DNA of 64,000 nucleotides from an uncultured Gemmatimonadales bacterium (GCA_963850905.1 CAWKMU010000003.1:3360001-3424000); one strand, 5' to 3'; counted from the first letter of the stretch, positions 42,657 to 56,740 are shown. A program made the numbers and translations. The notes: generated by a model from the letters alone, not told the origin.

Positions 42657-42720
42657 GTACGCTGATCTCCTAGTTGATGCACAGCGGTCATCGGGGCCGC
42701 TCGAAGGTTGCACAATGCCA

Positions 42721-42755
42721 AACGTCCAGCGTCCAGCGTCTAACGTCCAGCGTCT
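42721..42755. repeat. Heptamer tandem repeat (about 5 copies of AGCGTCC/AACGTCC)
   Basis: aacgtcc agcgtcc agcgtct aacgtcc agcgtct, intergenic upstream of sucC. Confidence 0.75.
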
Positions 42756-42763
42756 GTTCCGTG

Positions 42764-45318
42764 TCACTTGCTCTTCCCGATCGGCGGCCGCTCCGCCGGG
42801 CGGCCGAGGAGCGCGCCCCAGCTCCGCGTACGCCGTACCGAACGTACTCAAATCGCCCCGCTTGAGAGCACTTTGCATCGTATCGTACAACGCTGTTACG
42901 CGCGCCCGGAAGGCAGCCGCGTCGGCGCTGCTCGCGACCGGTGCGACCGGCGACGGTGTCAGCGTATCGGCGCCGATCGCCTCCGCAAGCGACGCGCCGG
43001 CGAGAATGCTGTCGCCGACCAGCGCGGTGACGCCGAGCATCGTCTTCGGCCCATCGGTTCGCCACGCGTACAGCGGTTGAACAAACGCCAGTCGATCGCC
43101 CACGAGCACTGACCTCAGATGCCCGCGCGACGTGCTGGCGTCGCGACGGCTGCCCAAGACCGAGTCGCCCGCCTGACGGAGCCTCGACACGACAGAGGTC
43201 CAGAGCGCTGGCGCCCAGTCGAGCGGGACCCACACGACGTCACGCTCCGCCCCGCCCGTCGCGACCACGAGGCCCGCCACGTGGTCCGTCACGTCCATGA
43301 GGGGCACGACCGTCGCACAAGCGTTGTCGGCTCGCGCGGCGATGCACGGGGGTTGGCCGCTCGTCATGAGCGAATCCGCGTTGTCCGCAATGGCCGGTTG
43401 CAAGAGCGGCCCCGTGCCCGCCCGCTCGGACGTCCGGGCACCCACCGACCCGAACGCGTCTGCCAGTGCGGTCGCGGCGTCGGTCGCCGGTGGCGCCGCC
43501 GCCGCGAGCCCTGGCGCCAGCGGCGGAACGCGGCGTGAACAAGCTGGGAAACGCCCGCAACCAGCTGTCAGCCACGACGTCGTGGACGGAATCCGCGACC
43601 AGGACCACACGACCGGTATAGGCGTGGACGAAGGCGGTGGCAGCGTGCTGGAAGTAGCTGCGCTGCTCCCCGGCGAGCACGAAGTGCTCGCTGAGCGGAT
43701 ACATGTCGGCTGCCACGTAGAGGTCGATCGACCCAGTACAGCGAATCGGCGGACAAGACCGGCCAGATGACACTGCCCTGCGTAAAGAACGGCGCGATCG
43801 CTCGCACGCGATCGGCGACATCGCGCCGGTCGACGAGGCGCGGGCGTGGCTCCGGTAGTGGCGTGGCGAGCCAGTTCAGCCGCTGCGCACTCCACGACGC
43901 GGCTAGTTGCGCGACGACCCCATCGAGCGCCGGCGCGGCAATGCGGTCGAGCGAGTCGGCGACAATCAGCGGGCCGTCGGCGCCGGGATAGACCAACACC
44001 GGTGGCACCAGCACCTCATCGCTGCTGGGTCGGCCCGCAAGATCCGTCCGCTGAGGGGTGCCGCGCTCGTCGAGCGCCGTCGCGCGAGCCGGGAGCAGCG
44101 CGCCGGGTGCCAGCGGCGCGATGGTCCCGCCGTCGGCCGGCGCTTCTCCCCCATATTCGACGGCCAGGGCCAGCAGGCCCGCCGGAGACCACCGCCACGC
44201 CACCACGTCCGCCAGCGCGGACTGGTGGCGAGGGACGGTCAGCGCTTCGGTCAGGGCTTTGGGGTCCCAGATGGAGATCCGCGGCACCGCCTCGGCCAGG
44301 GAGGAGAACGCGATGGGCGCGGCGCGGCTTGGAACGGTGACCAGTCGATTGATGCCGTATGCGGTGCGCGTCGCCTGTCGGCGCACGATGATGTAGTCCT
44401 GATCACGGGCGGCGCTATCCGGTCCCGCGGTGCCGTGCTCGATCAACGATGCGGTGAAATGATACGCGCCGAGCATGAGCAGCGCCGCCGTCACACCGAT
44501 CAGCGCTGTCTTGATTTGGTTGCGCCAGAGCGCCAGCGCAGTGACTACGCCGGCAGCGAGCAGCACAATGGCGAGTAGACGCTCCGCCGGAATCACGAAG
44601 TGATGATCCGCGTGGGTAAACAAGCCGCCGGGGCCGGAGCCGTGACTCAAAACCGCGTAGGCGTCGAGCCGGTAGTTCCACGCCACGACGGCGAAGAACA
44701 ATGGCGTGAGCGCCGCGAGATGCCGGCGCACATGCGCCGTGAGCCGGAACCGATTGCGGTCCCACCGCAGATTCGGCGTCACGACGACATACAACACGGC
44801 GACGACGAATACCGTGCCCACCAGCACGAGAAGCGTGCGCACGTAGAGCGCGTTCTCGAGTGGCAGCCAGTACACGAAGAAGCCGAGATCGTGGTCGAAG
44901 TACGGATCTGTGACGCCGAACGGCACGCCATAGCGCGCGGCCGCCAGTTCCATCCACGGCTCGGGCGGCAGAGCCAGGAGCAACCCCAACACCACGGCGG
45001 CGATCGCGGTCGCAGTGGTGAGATACCGGCCGGGCAGCTCCTCGCCGATCTCGACGTTGGCCAGCCTGCGCGGGAGCACGACCGAGACGATGGACTGCCG
45101 CACCGCGTAGAGATTCGCGAACACGAACGCCGTGGTCACCGCCGCGATCGAGCCGGTGAGGAGCAGCCGGTTGACCACCTGCGCCGCCCAGAGGCTCGTG
45201 GCGTGCATATGCGCAAACCACTGATAGTCGATGAACAGGCCGGACAGGATGCGGCCCACGAGGAGCACACCCGCCGCCCCACGCACGAACAGCGACCGCG
45301 CATCCGGCGACGGGTCAT
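42764..45318 (-). CDS. UPF0182-family membrane protein; apparent frameshifts
   Basis: DYQWF, FGVTDPYFDHDLGFFVYWLP, TRTAYGI, RVRAIAPF, FVQPLY, ALKRGDLSTFGTAYAELG. Confidence 0.8.
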
Positions 45319-45375
45319 CAGTGGACGGTGGCGCCGGGTTGCGCCGAACCGCCCCGAGCGGAGCGGGCCGTGTGG

Positions 45376-46757
45376 TCAGGTGCGGACGCCCTGCGTCGCG
45401 AGCCACGCTTCCATCTCGGCGCGGATGGCCGCCAGCCGATCGCTCGTCTGCGCCTCGAAGCGCAGCACGAGCACCGGTTGCGTATTCGAGGCGCGAATCA
45501 GCCCCCAGCCATCGCCGAATAGCACGCGCACGCCATCGACGTCAATCACGTCGTGCGTCCGCTTGAAGTGCGTGGCCGCGGCCTCTACGACAGCGAATTT
45601 CCGGTCGTCCGGACAATCCGCTCGGATCTCCGGGTGTCGAGACGAACGTCGGCACGTCGGCCAGCATCGCGGCCAGCGGGACCCCCGCGGCCGCGACGAT
45701 CCGAAGCAGACGGGCCGCGCCGTACAGCGCGTCGTCGTGCCCGTAAAAACCCTCGGTGAAGAACATGTGGCCCGACATTTCGCCGGCGAGCGGCGCCTGC
45801 AGCGCCTTCATCTTGTCCTTGATCAGCGAATGGCCCGTTCGCCACATGACCGGCATCGCCACCCGCCGCCTCGATCGCCATGGGCAGCGCCTGCGAGCAC
45901 TTGACATCGAAGATGATGGGCTGGCCGCGGCCCGGTCCGCGAGAGGACGTCCCGCGCGTAGAGGATCAGGACGTGGTCGCCCCACACGATCGCTGCCGGC
46001 GGCGTCGACGACGCCGATCCGGTCGGCATCGCCATCGAAGGCAATGCCCGAGATCGGCGCCGCGCGTGTCGCACGGCGGCGATCAGGTCCTGCAGATTCT
46101 CGACGACCGTCGGATCGGGATGATGATTGGGGAACGTGCCGTCGCTCTCGCAGAAGAGATAACTCGCGTCGAGTCCGAGGCGCCCAAACAGGCTTGCCCG
46201 CGACGAGCGAGCCCGCGCCGTTGCCGCAGTCGAAAACGACGCGCAGACCGGCGCGCGAGCGGCCCTGTGCGCGCGCACGACATCATCGATGTAGCGGTCG
46301 ATCACCGCCGCTGGACCGGACGGACCCCTGGCCCGCTCGCGAAACGCCCCGCGTTGAATGAGCGCCAAGACAGTGCTGGATCTCGTCGCCGTGCAGCGAC
46401 TCATGGCCGACGCACAGCTTGAACCCGTTGTACTCCGGCGGATTGTGCGAGCCGGTGATCTGGATGCCGCCGACGACGGGCTCGTGATGCAGCGCCCAGT
46501 AGAGCAGCGGGGTCGGCACGACGCCCAGCGTCGACGACATCGACGCCGCTGGCGGTGAGCCCCGCGACCAGACCGGCCTGCAGTGCCTCGCCACTCGGCC
46601 GGTTGTCTCGTCCCACCGCCACCGCACCGCGGAACCCTCGCTCCGCGAGGACCGCGGCATACCCGCGACCAATCGCGCGTGCGGTCTCCGGCGCGAGGTC
46701 CCGTCCGACGACTCCGCGGATGTCGTACTGTCGGAAGATCCCCGGTGCGACCGTCAT
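45376..46757 (-). CDS. Phosphomannomutase/phosphoglucomutase (AlgC-like); multiple apparent frameshifts
   Basis: IFRQYDIRG, TGSHNPPEYNGFK, FPNHHPDP, FDGDADR-type loop, GEMSGH, WGLIRASNTQP. Confidence 0.88.
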
Positions 46758-48423
46758 GGCCGCAGCGCGGCACTCGCGATGGGAGAAGTCGCTCGAGGCG
46801 CGATCACGGCGACTGGCACGCCGGTCGGCGGCGTGCCGAAGTAGCCCGCGGCGTCACCAGCGGCACGCTGCGCGCGCTCCACGTCACGAGGTACGACGGC
46901 ATGGCCCCGAGCGCCAGCAGCAGGACGACGCTGACCAGCACCACCGACTCGGTCAACGCGCCGATACCGCCGGCGGCAATGTGTCGTCGGCTCGGCCGGC
47001 GCGGGACGCATGAACATGATCGTGACGACCCGCAGGTAGTAGCCCGCGGAGATCACGCTCGTGATCACAATCGGCGATCGCCAGATTGGTCTGCGGCGTC
47101 GGCGCGCCGAGATACGCCGCCCGCAGCGCCGCCGCGATCATGTACCACTTCGCTACGAAGCCAAGGCCGCCGAACACGGGGAAGCCGAGCAGCGCAAGCA
47201 TGCAGACCGCCATCCCAGCCGCCAGCCACGGGTGGGTCGTCCACAGGCCCGCGTAGTCGTCGATGTCGAGATCGCGCCTCGCCAGCGCTGCCGAGCGCGA
47301 CGACGACCGCGAAGGCGCCCATGGTGGCGAGCGTGTAGGCGGCCAGATAGAACAGGAACGCCGATGCCCCGAGCGTCGTGCCCGGCAACGACCGCGACCA
47401 GCACGTAGCCCGCCTGCGCGATGCTCGAGTACGCGAGCATGCGTTTGATGTTCCGCTGGGCCAGCGCGACGATGTTCCCGACGAGCATCGTGAGGACCGC
47501 AAGGAACCAGAGCGCGTCGTGCCAGCGGAAGACGACATCGGGCAACGCTTCCACCCAGACGCGGATGAAGGCGGCGAACGCGGCCGCCTTCACAGCCGCC
47601 GCCATGTACGCGGTGATCGGCGTCGGCGCGCCTTCGTAGACGTCCGGCGCCCACATGTGAAAGGGCACCGCCGCCACCTTGAACCCGAACCCGACCAGCA
47701 GCAGCGCGACGCCCATGGTCACGAGCGGCGTCCCGCCCAGCGCGTACGCGCGGATCCGCTCGCCGATCTTCGGCCAGATTCGTGGAGCCGGTCGCGCCGT
47801 AGATCAGCGCCATGCCGTACAGCAGAAACCCGGTCGAGAACGCCCCGAGCAGGAAGTACTTGAGCGCAGCCTCGGCCGACCGCGCGCTGCGCCGGTTGAG
47901 TCCCGCCAGCACGTACACGGCGATCGACATCAGCTCGATGCCGAGGAAGACGATCATCGAGGTCGCGCGCAGCCGCGAGCAGCATCATCCCGACCGTCGC
48001 GAACAGCACCAGCACGTGCACTTCGGCGCTGCACGAATGCGCTCGCGTCGGTTGTAGTCGATCGATAGCGCGATCGTCCCGAACGTCGCGACGAGGAAGA
48101 TGATGTCGGAGGCCCAGCGGAATTCGTCGACAGCGATCGGGCCGGGCAGCGCCGTCCACACCCGCGACGCGTAGAACATCACGACCGCGAGCGTCACGGC
48201 CACGAGCCAGAGGCTCAACTGGCCGACCCGACGCTGGAGGGCCTCGCTGTCCGGCCGCGAAGCCGCGACGAGCATGAGGACCATCGCACCGATCGCGAGC
48301 ACGAGGTCGGGGCCGAGCGCGACGGTCAGCTGCGACGGGAACGCTCAGATCGAAGACGGTCGACGCCGTCCGGGCTACGCCGGGGAGCGGCACGGCCTGT
48401 TGCAACAACGCCCGCATCATCAT
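46754..48423 (-). CDS. nuoN: NADH-quinone oxidoreductase subunit N; multiple apparent frameshifts
   Basis: [47 protein letters not shown]. Confidence 0.88.
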
Positions 48424-48432
48424 CGAGTGCCC

Positions 48433-50108
48433 TCAGCCGGGGCGGCGGTCCGCGGCGCCGGCAGACGAGTCGCGGCCCTGCGAGTGCGGTGGCGGCGCGC
48501 GTGCGATCCACTTGCTCAACCACGGCGAGAGCCGACAGCTGCGTCCGTCGCAGCACCGGCGCGGGATAGATGCCCAGCCAGCAGATGCTGGCGACCAGCG
48601 GCGCCATGAGGCCCAGCTCCCGCCAGTTCAGGTCGCGTAAGCCGGCGTTCTGCGGCTTGTCGAGCGCGTTGAACAGGATGCGCTGGATCGCCCAGAGCAG
48701 GTACGCGGCGGCGAAGATGACGCCCGACCGTCGCGAAGAGCGCGAAGTACGGCTCGGACCGGAACGACCCGATCAGGACGAGGAACTCGCCCACGAACCC
48801 GTTCGTCCCCGGCAGCCCGATGCTCGACAGCGACACGAAGGTGAGCAACGCCGCGAACAGCGGGACGACGCGCGCGATGCCGCCGTACGCGCTGATCATG
48901 CGCGTGTGGGTGCGCTCGTAGATCATGCCGATCAGGAGGAACAGCGCGCCGGTCGAGATGCCGTGGTTGATCATCACGAGGATCGCGCCCTGTACGCTCT
49001 GCTCGCGTGAGCGCGAAGATGCCGAGCATCACAAAACCCAGGTGGCTGACCGATGAATAGGCCACGAGACGCTTGAAGTCGGGCTGCACCAGCGCCACGA
49101 GTGCGCCGTAGAGGATGCCGACGACCGCCAGGACGAGAATGATCGCGCGGATCGTCGGATCGATCGCGGCCGACGGGAACAGCGGCAGCGCGAAACGCAG
49201 GAATCCGAACGTCCCCATCTTGAGCATGATCCCCGCCAGGATCACCGAGCCCGCCGTCGGCGCCTCCGTGTGCGCGTCTGGCAGCCAGGTGTGGAACGGG
49301 AACATCGGCACCTTGACCGCGAACGCGACGAAGAACGCGCCGAAGAGCCACCGGGCGATGACCGGCGTCAGGCTCAGACGGGCCAACAGGTCCGGATAAC
49401 TGAAATCCGGCGGCCCAGTCTCACCCCGCGGACCGCCGACGTGGAAGCCGACGTACAGGATCGCCACCAGCATGAGCAGCGATCCCGAGGAACGTGTACA
49501 GGAAGAACTTGATGCTGGCGTAGATGCGCCGCTCGCCGCCCCAGATGCCGATGATGAAGTACATCGGGATCAGCATCACTTCCCACATCACGTAGAACAG
49601 GAACAGGTCGAGCGACATGAACACGCCGAGCATGCCGCGTCGTCAGGATGAGCATCAGCGCGTAGAACGCCGGGACGTCGCGACCGCACGCTCGTCCAGC
49701 TGCCCAGCACCGTGAGCGGCAACAGGAACGTCGTCAGCAGAATGAGGACGAGGGCCATGCCGTCGATGCCGAGCGTAGAAGGTGATGCCCCAGCCCGGGA
49801 TCCACGGGACGCGGACGGCGCTCTGCCAGCCCGCGGCTGCCGGATCGAACGTCCACCACAGACCGACCGAGACCACGAATTCGAGCAGGAAGGTGAGCAG
49901 CGCCGCCCACCGGGCGAACTGAGCACTCGGCGTGATGGGCTGCGCGTCGGCGCTCGCTCCCGTCGGCCCAACCGCCGCCGTGCCCACCGTGCCCTCGCGC
50001 ATCGCGCCGCCAATCCAGATGATCACGCGCACCGACGACCGGGATGAGCAGCAGTGCCGGGAGAATCCACCGGTCGTAGCCCAATGACAGTAGGAAGTCG
50101 CGCATCAT
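48433..50108 (-). CDS. nuoM: NADH-quinone oxidoreductase subunit M; multiple apparent frameshifts
   Basis: [49 protein letters not shown]. Confidence 0.9.
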
Positions 50109-52320
50109 CAGGACCGGAGTGCGACGGCGCCCAACACGACGACCACACCAGCGACCAGCGCCCACGCATAGGTGCCGACCTCGCCGTTCTGCAGCGGCCG
50201 ACCCTGCGTCGCCGAGCCATCGCCACACCGCGCCCGAGAGATTGACGATACCGTCGATCAAGCCATCGACGCCCCGCCACAGCACGTTGCGCGAGACAAC
50301 CATGAGCGGCTCGACGACGGTGCGATCGTACACTTCGTCGACGTAGTACTTGTTCGCGATCACGCGCTCGATGCCGTGCTCCGACGGGCTGGGGCTCCCG
50401 GGCCGGCTTGAGGGCGGCCGGCTTGAGTCGCAGCACGGCCACGCAGTACGCCGAGGACCGCCACGACGGCGGCGACGCCCGCCAGCATCGCCGCCATCCG
50501 CGGGTCGGCCTGCGCCCGCCGTGCCGGCGAGGTGCTGCGATCGCGGCCCCAGTCACGGGATCGAGCCATCGGTCGAGCACATCGGGCCGGCACGATGGGC
50601 AGACCAGGCGGGATCATTGAGGAAGCCGCCGAACGCGCTCAGAACGCCCAGCACGACGAGTGGCGCCGTCATCACCACGGGCGCCTCGTGGAGGTGCGCG
50701 GCCTCGCGCTCGCCCGTCCGGTTGGGACCGTGGAACGTGTAGAGCATGAGCCGCGTCATGTAGATCGCCGTGAGGAACGCGGCCAGCGAGCGACATGCCA
50801 TAGACGGCGTAGAGCACGGTGCTCCCAGGGATGCCCAAGCCAGGTGGCCTCGCCCAGCGTCGATCCCTGCGCGCGCTCGAACACCGTGCCCAGGATCTCG
50901 TCCTTGGAGAAGAACCCGGCGAATAGCGGGATGCCCGCGATCGCGAGCGTCGCGATCCACATGAGGGCCCAGGTCACCGGCAGTTTCGTGCGGAGGCCGC
51001 CCATGTTGCGCATGTCCTGCGCATCCTCGTGCGAATGGGTCTCGTGATAGGCCGCGTGCATCGCGTAGATCACCGAGCCCGCACCGAGGAACAGGAGCGC
51101 CTTGAAGAAGGCATGCGTGACGAGGTGGAAGATCCCCGCGGCGTACGCTCCCGCGCCCACCGCCGACGAACATGTACCCGAGCTGCGAGATCGTCGAATA
51201 CGCCAGCACCTTCTTGATGTCCCACTGCTTGAGGCCGATCGTCGCCGCGAACAGCGCCGTGACGCCCGCCGATCACGCAGACCGTCAGGTCCGCCGCCGG
51301 CGCGATCGCGAACAGCATCGACATTCGCGCCACGAGATACACGCCCGCGGTGACCATCGTGGCCGCGTGGATCAGCGCCGATACCGGCGTCGGGCCGGCC
51401 ATCGCATCGGGCAGCCAGACGTAGAGCGGAATCTGCGCGCTCTTGCCCGCGCATCCCAGCAGCAGGAACAGACAGATCGCACGTCACCACCGGGCCGCCG
51501 CTCGGGAGCGTAGGCGCGGCCGCAGCGATGCCCGTGTAATCCAGCGTCCCCACATTGGCGAACAGCATGAACATCGCCATGAGGAAGCCGAAGTCGCCAA
51601 TCCGGTTGACGATGAACGCCTTCTTGCCGGCATCGGCGTTGGCCTGGTCCGAGAACCAGAACCCGATCAGCAGATAGGAGCACAGCCCGACACCTTCCCA
51701 GCCCACGAACGTCACCGGCAGGTTGGCGCCCAGCACCAGCACCAGCATGAAGAGCGACGAAGAGGTTCAGGTACGCGAAGTAGCGGGGGTACCCGGGATC
51801 GTCGCGCATGTAGCCGACGCTGAAAATGTGGATCAGCGCACCGACGCCCGTGATCACCAGCACGAGCGTCATCGAGAGCTGATCGAGCTGGAACGCCGCG
51901 TCGATCTGCAGGTCGCCGACCGGCATCCAGGGGAAGTACCGCTGGATGAACGGCGTCGTGGGCGATGCCGCCGACCATCGCAGCCCAGATCGCGCACGCG
52001 AGCCCGAACGCCGCGATGAGGACGAGCGGCCCGATGATGCTCACCACCCCGGCGAATCGGTGGCGCGCCGCGTGGGCCTGCCGCCGTGCTGCGTCGCCAT
52101 GCTGCGCCCGGCGCGTGCCCATGCCCGTGCGCGCCGTCGGATCGCTCGGGCCGATGTGCGCGGCGCCCATCACCGACAGGGCGCCGTTGATCACGAACCC
52201 CAGCAGCGGGAGCAATGGGAGCGCCCACATCCACTCGGCCGCCGTGCCGGCCAGCGGGTGCACAGCAGTGGACACCCGCGCGGAGTCCGCGAGTTGAAAC
52301 ACAGTGGGAGAGAGCATCAC
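50108..52320 (-). CDS. nuoL: NADH-quinone oxidoreductase subunit L; multiple apparent frameshifts
   Basis: [61 protein letters not shown]. Confidence 0.9.
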
Positions 52321-52610
52321 CCTTTCAGGAGATTGATGGCCGTCATGTTGACCGTCTGGCGATGACGGAAGATCGAGATGATGATCGCCAAGCCGACAGC
52401 CGCCTCCGCAGCGGCCACGGTCATCACGAACATCACGAACACCTGCCCCGCGTACCCGTACAGCCGCGAGAACGCGACGAACGACAGATTCACGGCGTTG
52501 AGCATGAGCTCAACGCACATGAAGATGAGGATCGCGTTGCGGCGCGTGAGCACGCCGACGACCCCGATGGCGAACAGCACCGCCGAGAAAAAGAGCGCAT
52601 CAACGACCAC
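52317..52610 (-). CDS. nuoK: NADH-quinone oxidoreductase subunit K
   Basis: [27 protein letters not shown]. Confidence 0.93.
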   Translation of the reverse strand: MVVDALFFSAVLFAIGVVGVLTRRNAILIFMCVELMLNAVNLSFVAFSRLYGYAGQVFVMFVMTVAAAEAAVGLAIIISIFRHRQTVNMTAINLLKG

Positions 52611-53223
52611 TGGTCACCATCCCGCCAGCGGACGCCGCTGGTGCCGCCAGTTCGCTGGCCTCTATGTAGGCGTCCGCCGCCGCCTCCTCCGCCTCGCTTC
52701 GCCTGCGGCCGATCGCGACCGCGCCCACCACGGCCGCCAGCAACAGCACGCTCGTGACCTCGAACGCCAGCAGGTACTCGGTGAACAACGAGTGCGCAAT
52801 CGGAGCGACGGCGCCGCTCTCGATTGTCGCACGCGCGAGCGAATCGGGCCGGATCTGGAGCGAGGGCACCATCGAAACGCGCGGCAGGCGGGCGAGCACC
52901 GCGGCCAGGACGAGGATCGCCAGTCCACCCGATGCGAGCCAGGGCGCTACGCCGCTCGTGTCCACGAGCTGGCTGGGCTCGCCCAGGTTCAGCAGCATGA
53001 TCACGAAGAGGAAGACCACCATGATGGCGCCCGCATAGACGAGCACCTGGATGACGCCAATGAACTGGGCGTCCAGCAGCACGTACAGCGCCGACAGACA
53101 AAACAACACGTTGACGAGCCACAGCGCCGCGGCCACGGGACTCTTCCGCGTGACGAAGATGACCGCCGAGGCGACCGCGACCAGGCCGAAGAAGTAGAAG
53201 ATGAGTTGGTAGAACAGTGTCAT
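52600..53223 (-). CDS. nuoJ: NADH-quinone oxidoreductase subunit J
   Basis: [30 protein letters not shown]. Confidence 0.93.
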   Translation of the reverse strand: MTLFYQLIFYFFGLVAVASAVIFVTRKSPVAAALWLVNVLFCLSALYVLLDAQFIGVIQVLVYAGAIMVVFLFVIMLLNLGEPSQLVDTSGVAPWLASGGLAILVLAAVLARLPRVSMVPSLQIRPDSLARATIESGAVAPIAHSLFTEYLLAFEVTSVLLLAAVVGAVAIGRRRSEAEEAAADAYIEASELAAPAASAGGMVTSGR

Positions 53224-53233
53224 GGGCGGCGCG

Positions 53234-53731
53234 CTACTCCCCAAGGGGGTCGGTCGGATCCCACATCTCGCACACCGGATGCGTCTGAGCCATCAGTCGC
53301 TCGAGATCGTACACGAAGCCATCGCGACTGTACTCGGAGTTCTCGTAGTGGCGACCCACATGAATCGCCTCCTCGGGACATACTTCCTGGCAGTAGCCGC
53401 AGAAGATGCAGCGGAACTCGTCGATCTCGAAGACCAGCGGATAGCGGTTGCCCTGCTCGTCCTCGCCGGGCACGAGCTTGATGCAGTTGGCCGGGCACAC
53501 GGTCGGGCACAGCCCGCACGCCACGCACTTCGCCTTGCCATCTTCGGTCGTGAGCATCCGGTGCGTGCCGCGCCAACGGGCCGAGATCGGGTCGCGCTCC
53601 TCCGGGTACTGCACCGTGACCTTGTCCGGGTTGATGAGATGCTTGAAGGTGAGTGCCATGCCCTTGAGCGCGGCACGCACGTAGCTCACTTCCTCGATGG
53701 GGCGCTCGAGCACTTTGACGGTGATCGCCAT
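53234..53731 (-). CDS. nuoI: NADH-quinone oxidoreductase subunit I
   Basis: Two 4Fe-4S motifs CVACGLCPTVCP and CIFCGYCQEVCP; TVQYPEE. Confidence 0.95.
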   Translation of the reverse strand: MAITVKVLERPIEEVSYVRAALKGMALTFKHLINPDKVTVQYPEERDPISARWRGTHRMLTTEDGKAKCVACGLCPTVCPANCIKLVPGEDEQGNRYPLVFEIDEFRCIFCGYCQEVCPEEAIHVGRHYENSEYSRDGFVYDLERLMAQTHPVCEMWDPTDPLGE

Positions 53732-53737
53732 ATGACT

Positions 53738-55084
53738 TCAGTCTCCTGATTCGAGCGAGCGTGACACCGGCACACCACCCACGGCTGATCGCCGGGCGAG
53801 CGTGGAACGGCGCTCGACCGCCCGCAACCGCTTGAGCTCGACCTCGCGGATCCGAGCGCTGGCGGGGCTGATGAGACGACCGCGATCGATTACGACGAAC
53901 AGGATCAGCACGATCAGAACATTCACCGCGAACAGGCACAGATCGTAGACCTGCGCGGCATGTGGACCCGTCCGCCCGACCCCCAACGCGTCGAGGCCCA
54001 GCATCGCCGCCGCGATCACCACGATATAGCCGAGAGCGAGGGGCAGCATGAGCTTCCACCCCAACGACATCAGCTGATCGTACCGGAATCGCGGGAGCGT
54101 CCAGCGCACCCACATGTACAGGAACAGGAAGAACATCACCTTGAGCACGAACACCAAGAGCGTGATGACCGTTTTCCACCAGGCCCAGGGCGCGGTGTTC
54201 ACCGCGTTCCAGAACGGCACCGTCCAGCCGCCGAAGAACAGCGTCACGATGAGGGCGCTCGCCGTGACCAAGTTGCAGTACTCGGCAATGAAGAAAAGCG
54301 AGAACTTCATCGCACTGTACTCGGTGTGGTAGCCCGCGATGAGCTCCGACTCGGCTTCCGGCAGATCGAACGGCAACCGATTCGTCTCCGCGAACGCGGA
54401 AACCAGGAACAGGAGACACGCCACGCTGAGACTGAGCACGTTCCAGCAGGCCTGTCTGCTGCTGGCGCACGATCGTGTTCAACGTGACGTTGCCCGCGAG
54501 CAGCAACACGGGGATGGTCGACATGCCCAACGCGATCTCGTAGGAGATCATCTGCGCGCTCGACCGCAGTCCGCCCGAGCAAGCGCGTACTTGTTGTTCG
54601 ATGACCACCCGGCCAGCACGACGCCGTAGACGCCGAGGGACGACAGGGCGAGGATGTAGAGGTAGCCGATGGGGAGGTCGGCGATGACCAGGTCCATCCG
54701 ACCCCACGGCAGCGGCAACGGCGCGCGCGAACGGGATCACCGCCCAAAGCGAGAGCGCCGGAATGAAGGCGAGCGCCGGAGCGAGCAGGAAGAGCGGCTT
54801 GTTCACCGCCTCCGGCATCGTCTCTTCTTTCATGAAGTTCTTGACGCCGTCGGCCAGCGGCTGGCCCCATCCCTTGATGACACGGTTGGGCCCGAGCCGA
54901 TCCTGAATCCAGGCCGAGATCTTCCGCTCAGCGAGCGTCAGGAGCGCGCGGCCACCATGTACACGGTGAAGACGACCAGGATCTTCACGATCGTGTAGAT
55001 CAGCGGCACGCTGATCGGTCCGAAAAACCCGATCGCGGGCGGTGGCTGCTGCGGATCGGCCGCCTGCAGCAGCATGGGGACCAT
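53738..55084 (-). CDS. nuoH: NADH-quinone oxidoreductase subunit H; apparent frameshifts
   Basis: [50 protein letters not shown]. Confidence 0.9.
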
Positions 55085-55095
55085 GGCCCAGGCCA

Positions 55096-56701
55096 TCACG
55101 GCGCCGCCGCCGTCACCCGCGCATCCGCGTTGCCGTGGGGCAACTCGGCGCCCTGCAGACCGAGCCGATCGTATGTCAACCCGGCAAACGCCGGCACCGC
55201 CCCAGCCAGCGCCGCAAACACGTCAGCCGGCTGGAAGTAGATCGCCGACTCCCCCAGCGCGGTGAGCACATCCGAGAGCGCGGCCCACGCGGGCCGCACG
55301 AGCCCGGGCGCCTGTTTGGCCTGGAAGAACCGCTGCACGTGTCCGCGCAGATTCGTGAACGTGCCCTCGTCTTCCGCCATGTTGGTGATCGGCAGCACCG
55401 CTGCGGCCGCGCGTGCCCACGTCGGGAGCACGGTGCCCACGACCACAACCGCCGACGCCCGGCCCAGGGCCGCCGCGAAAGTCGCCGGATCCACGCCCGC
55501 CAGCTCTTCGTCGGCAACCAGCAGCACGTCGCCCGCCGTGATCGCGTCGAGCGGCGACTCCGCTCGCGTGAACCCCAGGAGCTCGGCCCCACGCCCATTG
55601 GCCGCACGGTCGGCACGCAGCGCGAGGTCCTTCACGCCCGCGAGCGGCGCCTCCGGCCCCTGCGGGACCCGGAACCGTCCACTCCCGCCCACGCGGCGGC
55701 GGATGCGATCCAGCAGGTACAACGTCTCGTTGGAGAGGCCGGGCGACGCCAACACGAACAGGCGGCGGCCGCGGATCGTGCCGATCACGGCATCGACGGC
55801 GACATCCCAGTCCACCGGCTCGAGCACGCCGCCGCGCCGCACATGCGGCACCTCGACCCGGTCGCGCCGGTTGAGCCAGCGATAGTTGAGTCGCCCCTCA
55901 TCGCAGAGGAAGAACTTGTTTACCGCGTCGTTGGGACGCGGGCGCATGCGCACGACCACATTGTCCCGGGTCTCGAGCGTCGCGTTACAGCCTTGCGAGC
56001 AGTTGGGACACACCGACGCGGCGCGGTCGAGATCCCACGAGCGCGCCTTGTTGAGGAAGTCCTTGGAGAGCAGGGCGCCGACCGGGCACAGCTCGATGAC
56101 GTTGCCCGCCCATGGGTGCGTCAGATCCTGGCCTTCGAATTTGCCAATCAGGGCGCGGTCACCGCGCTCGCTCACGTTCAGCACCGGGTCGTGCGCCACA
56201 TCCTCCATGAACCGCACGCATCGCGTACACAGAATGCATCGGTTGGCGACGTACACCACGTCGCCACCGAAATCCTCGACCGGATTGAACCGCTTGGCTT
56301 CCCGGTATCGCGAGTCCTTGCGGCCTTCGACGAAGGTGTAGTCCTGCAGCTCGCACTCGCCCGACTGATCGCAGATCGGGCAGTCGAGCGGATGATTGAT
56401 GAGCAGCATCTCGAGCACGCCCTTACGGGCCTCCTTGCGCTTTCTCCGAGTGCACCGGGATGACCTGACCGTCGGCGACAGTGGTCGCGCAGGCCGGCGC
56501 GAGCTTCGGCGCCTTCTCCACCTCGACCAGGCACATCCGGCACACACCGGCGACCGGGAGTCCCGGGTGGTAGCAGTAGTGCGGAATGAGCACCCCGGCC
56601 GTCTTCGCCGCTTCCAGCATCGAGGTGCCCTCGGGGACCTGGACCTGTTGGCCCTCGATGGTCACCGTCACCATCTTCGGTTGAGTCGTCGTGTCCGGCA
56701 T
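55096..56701 (-). CDS. nuoG: NADH-quinone oxidoreductase subunit G (short form); apparent frameshift near 56440
   Basis: CYHPGL..CRMC, NHPLDCPICDQSGECELQD, RCILCTRCVRF, CPVGAL, CPNCSQGC. Confidence 0.9.
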
Positions 56702-56740
56702 GCGCGACCGATGTCCTCGAGGGTTACGCGACGCGCCGCA

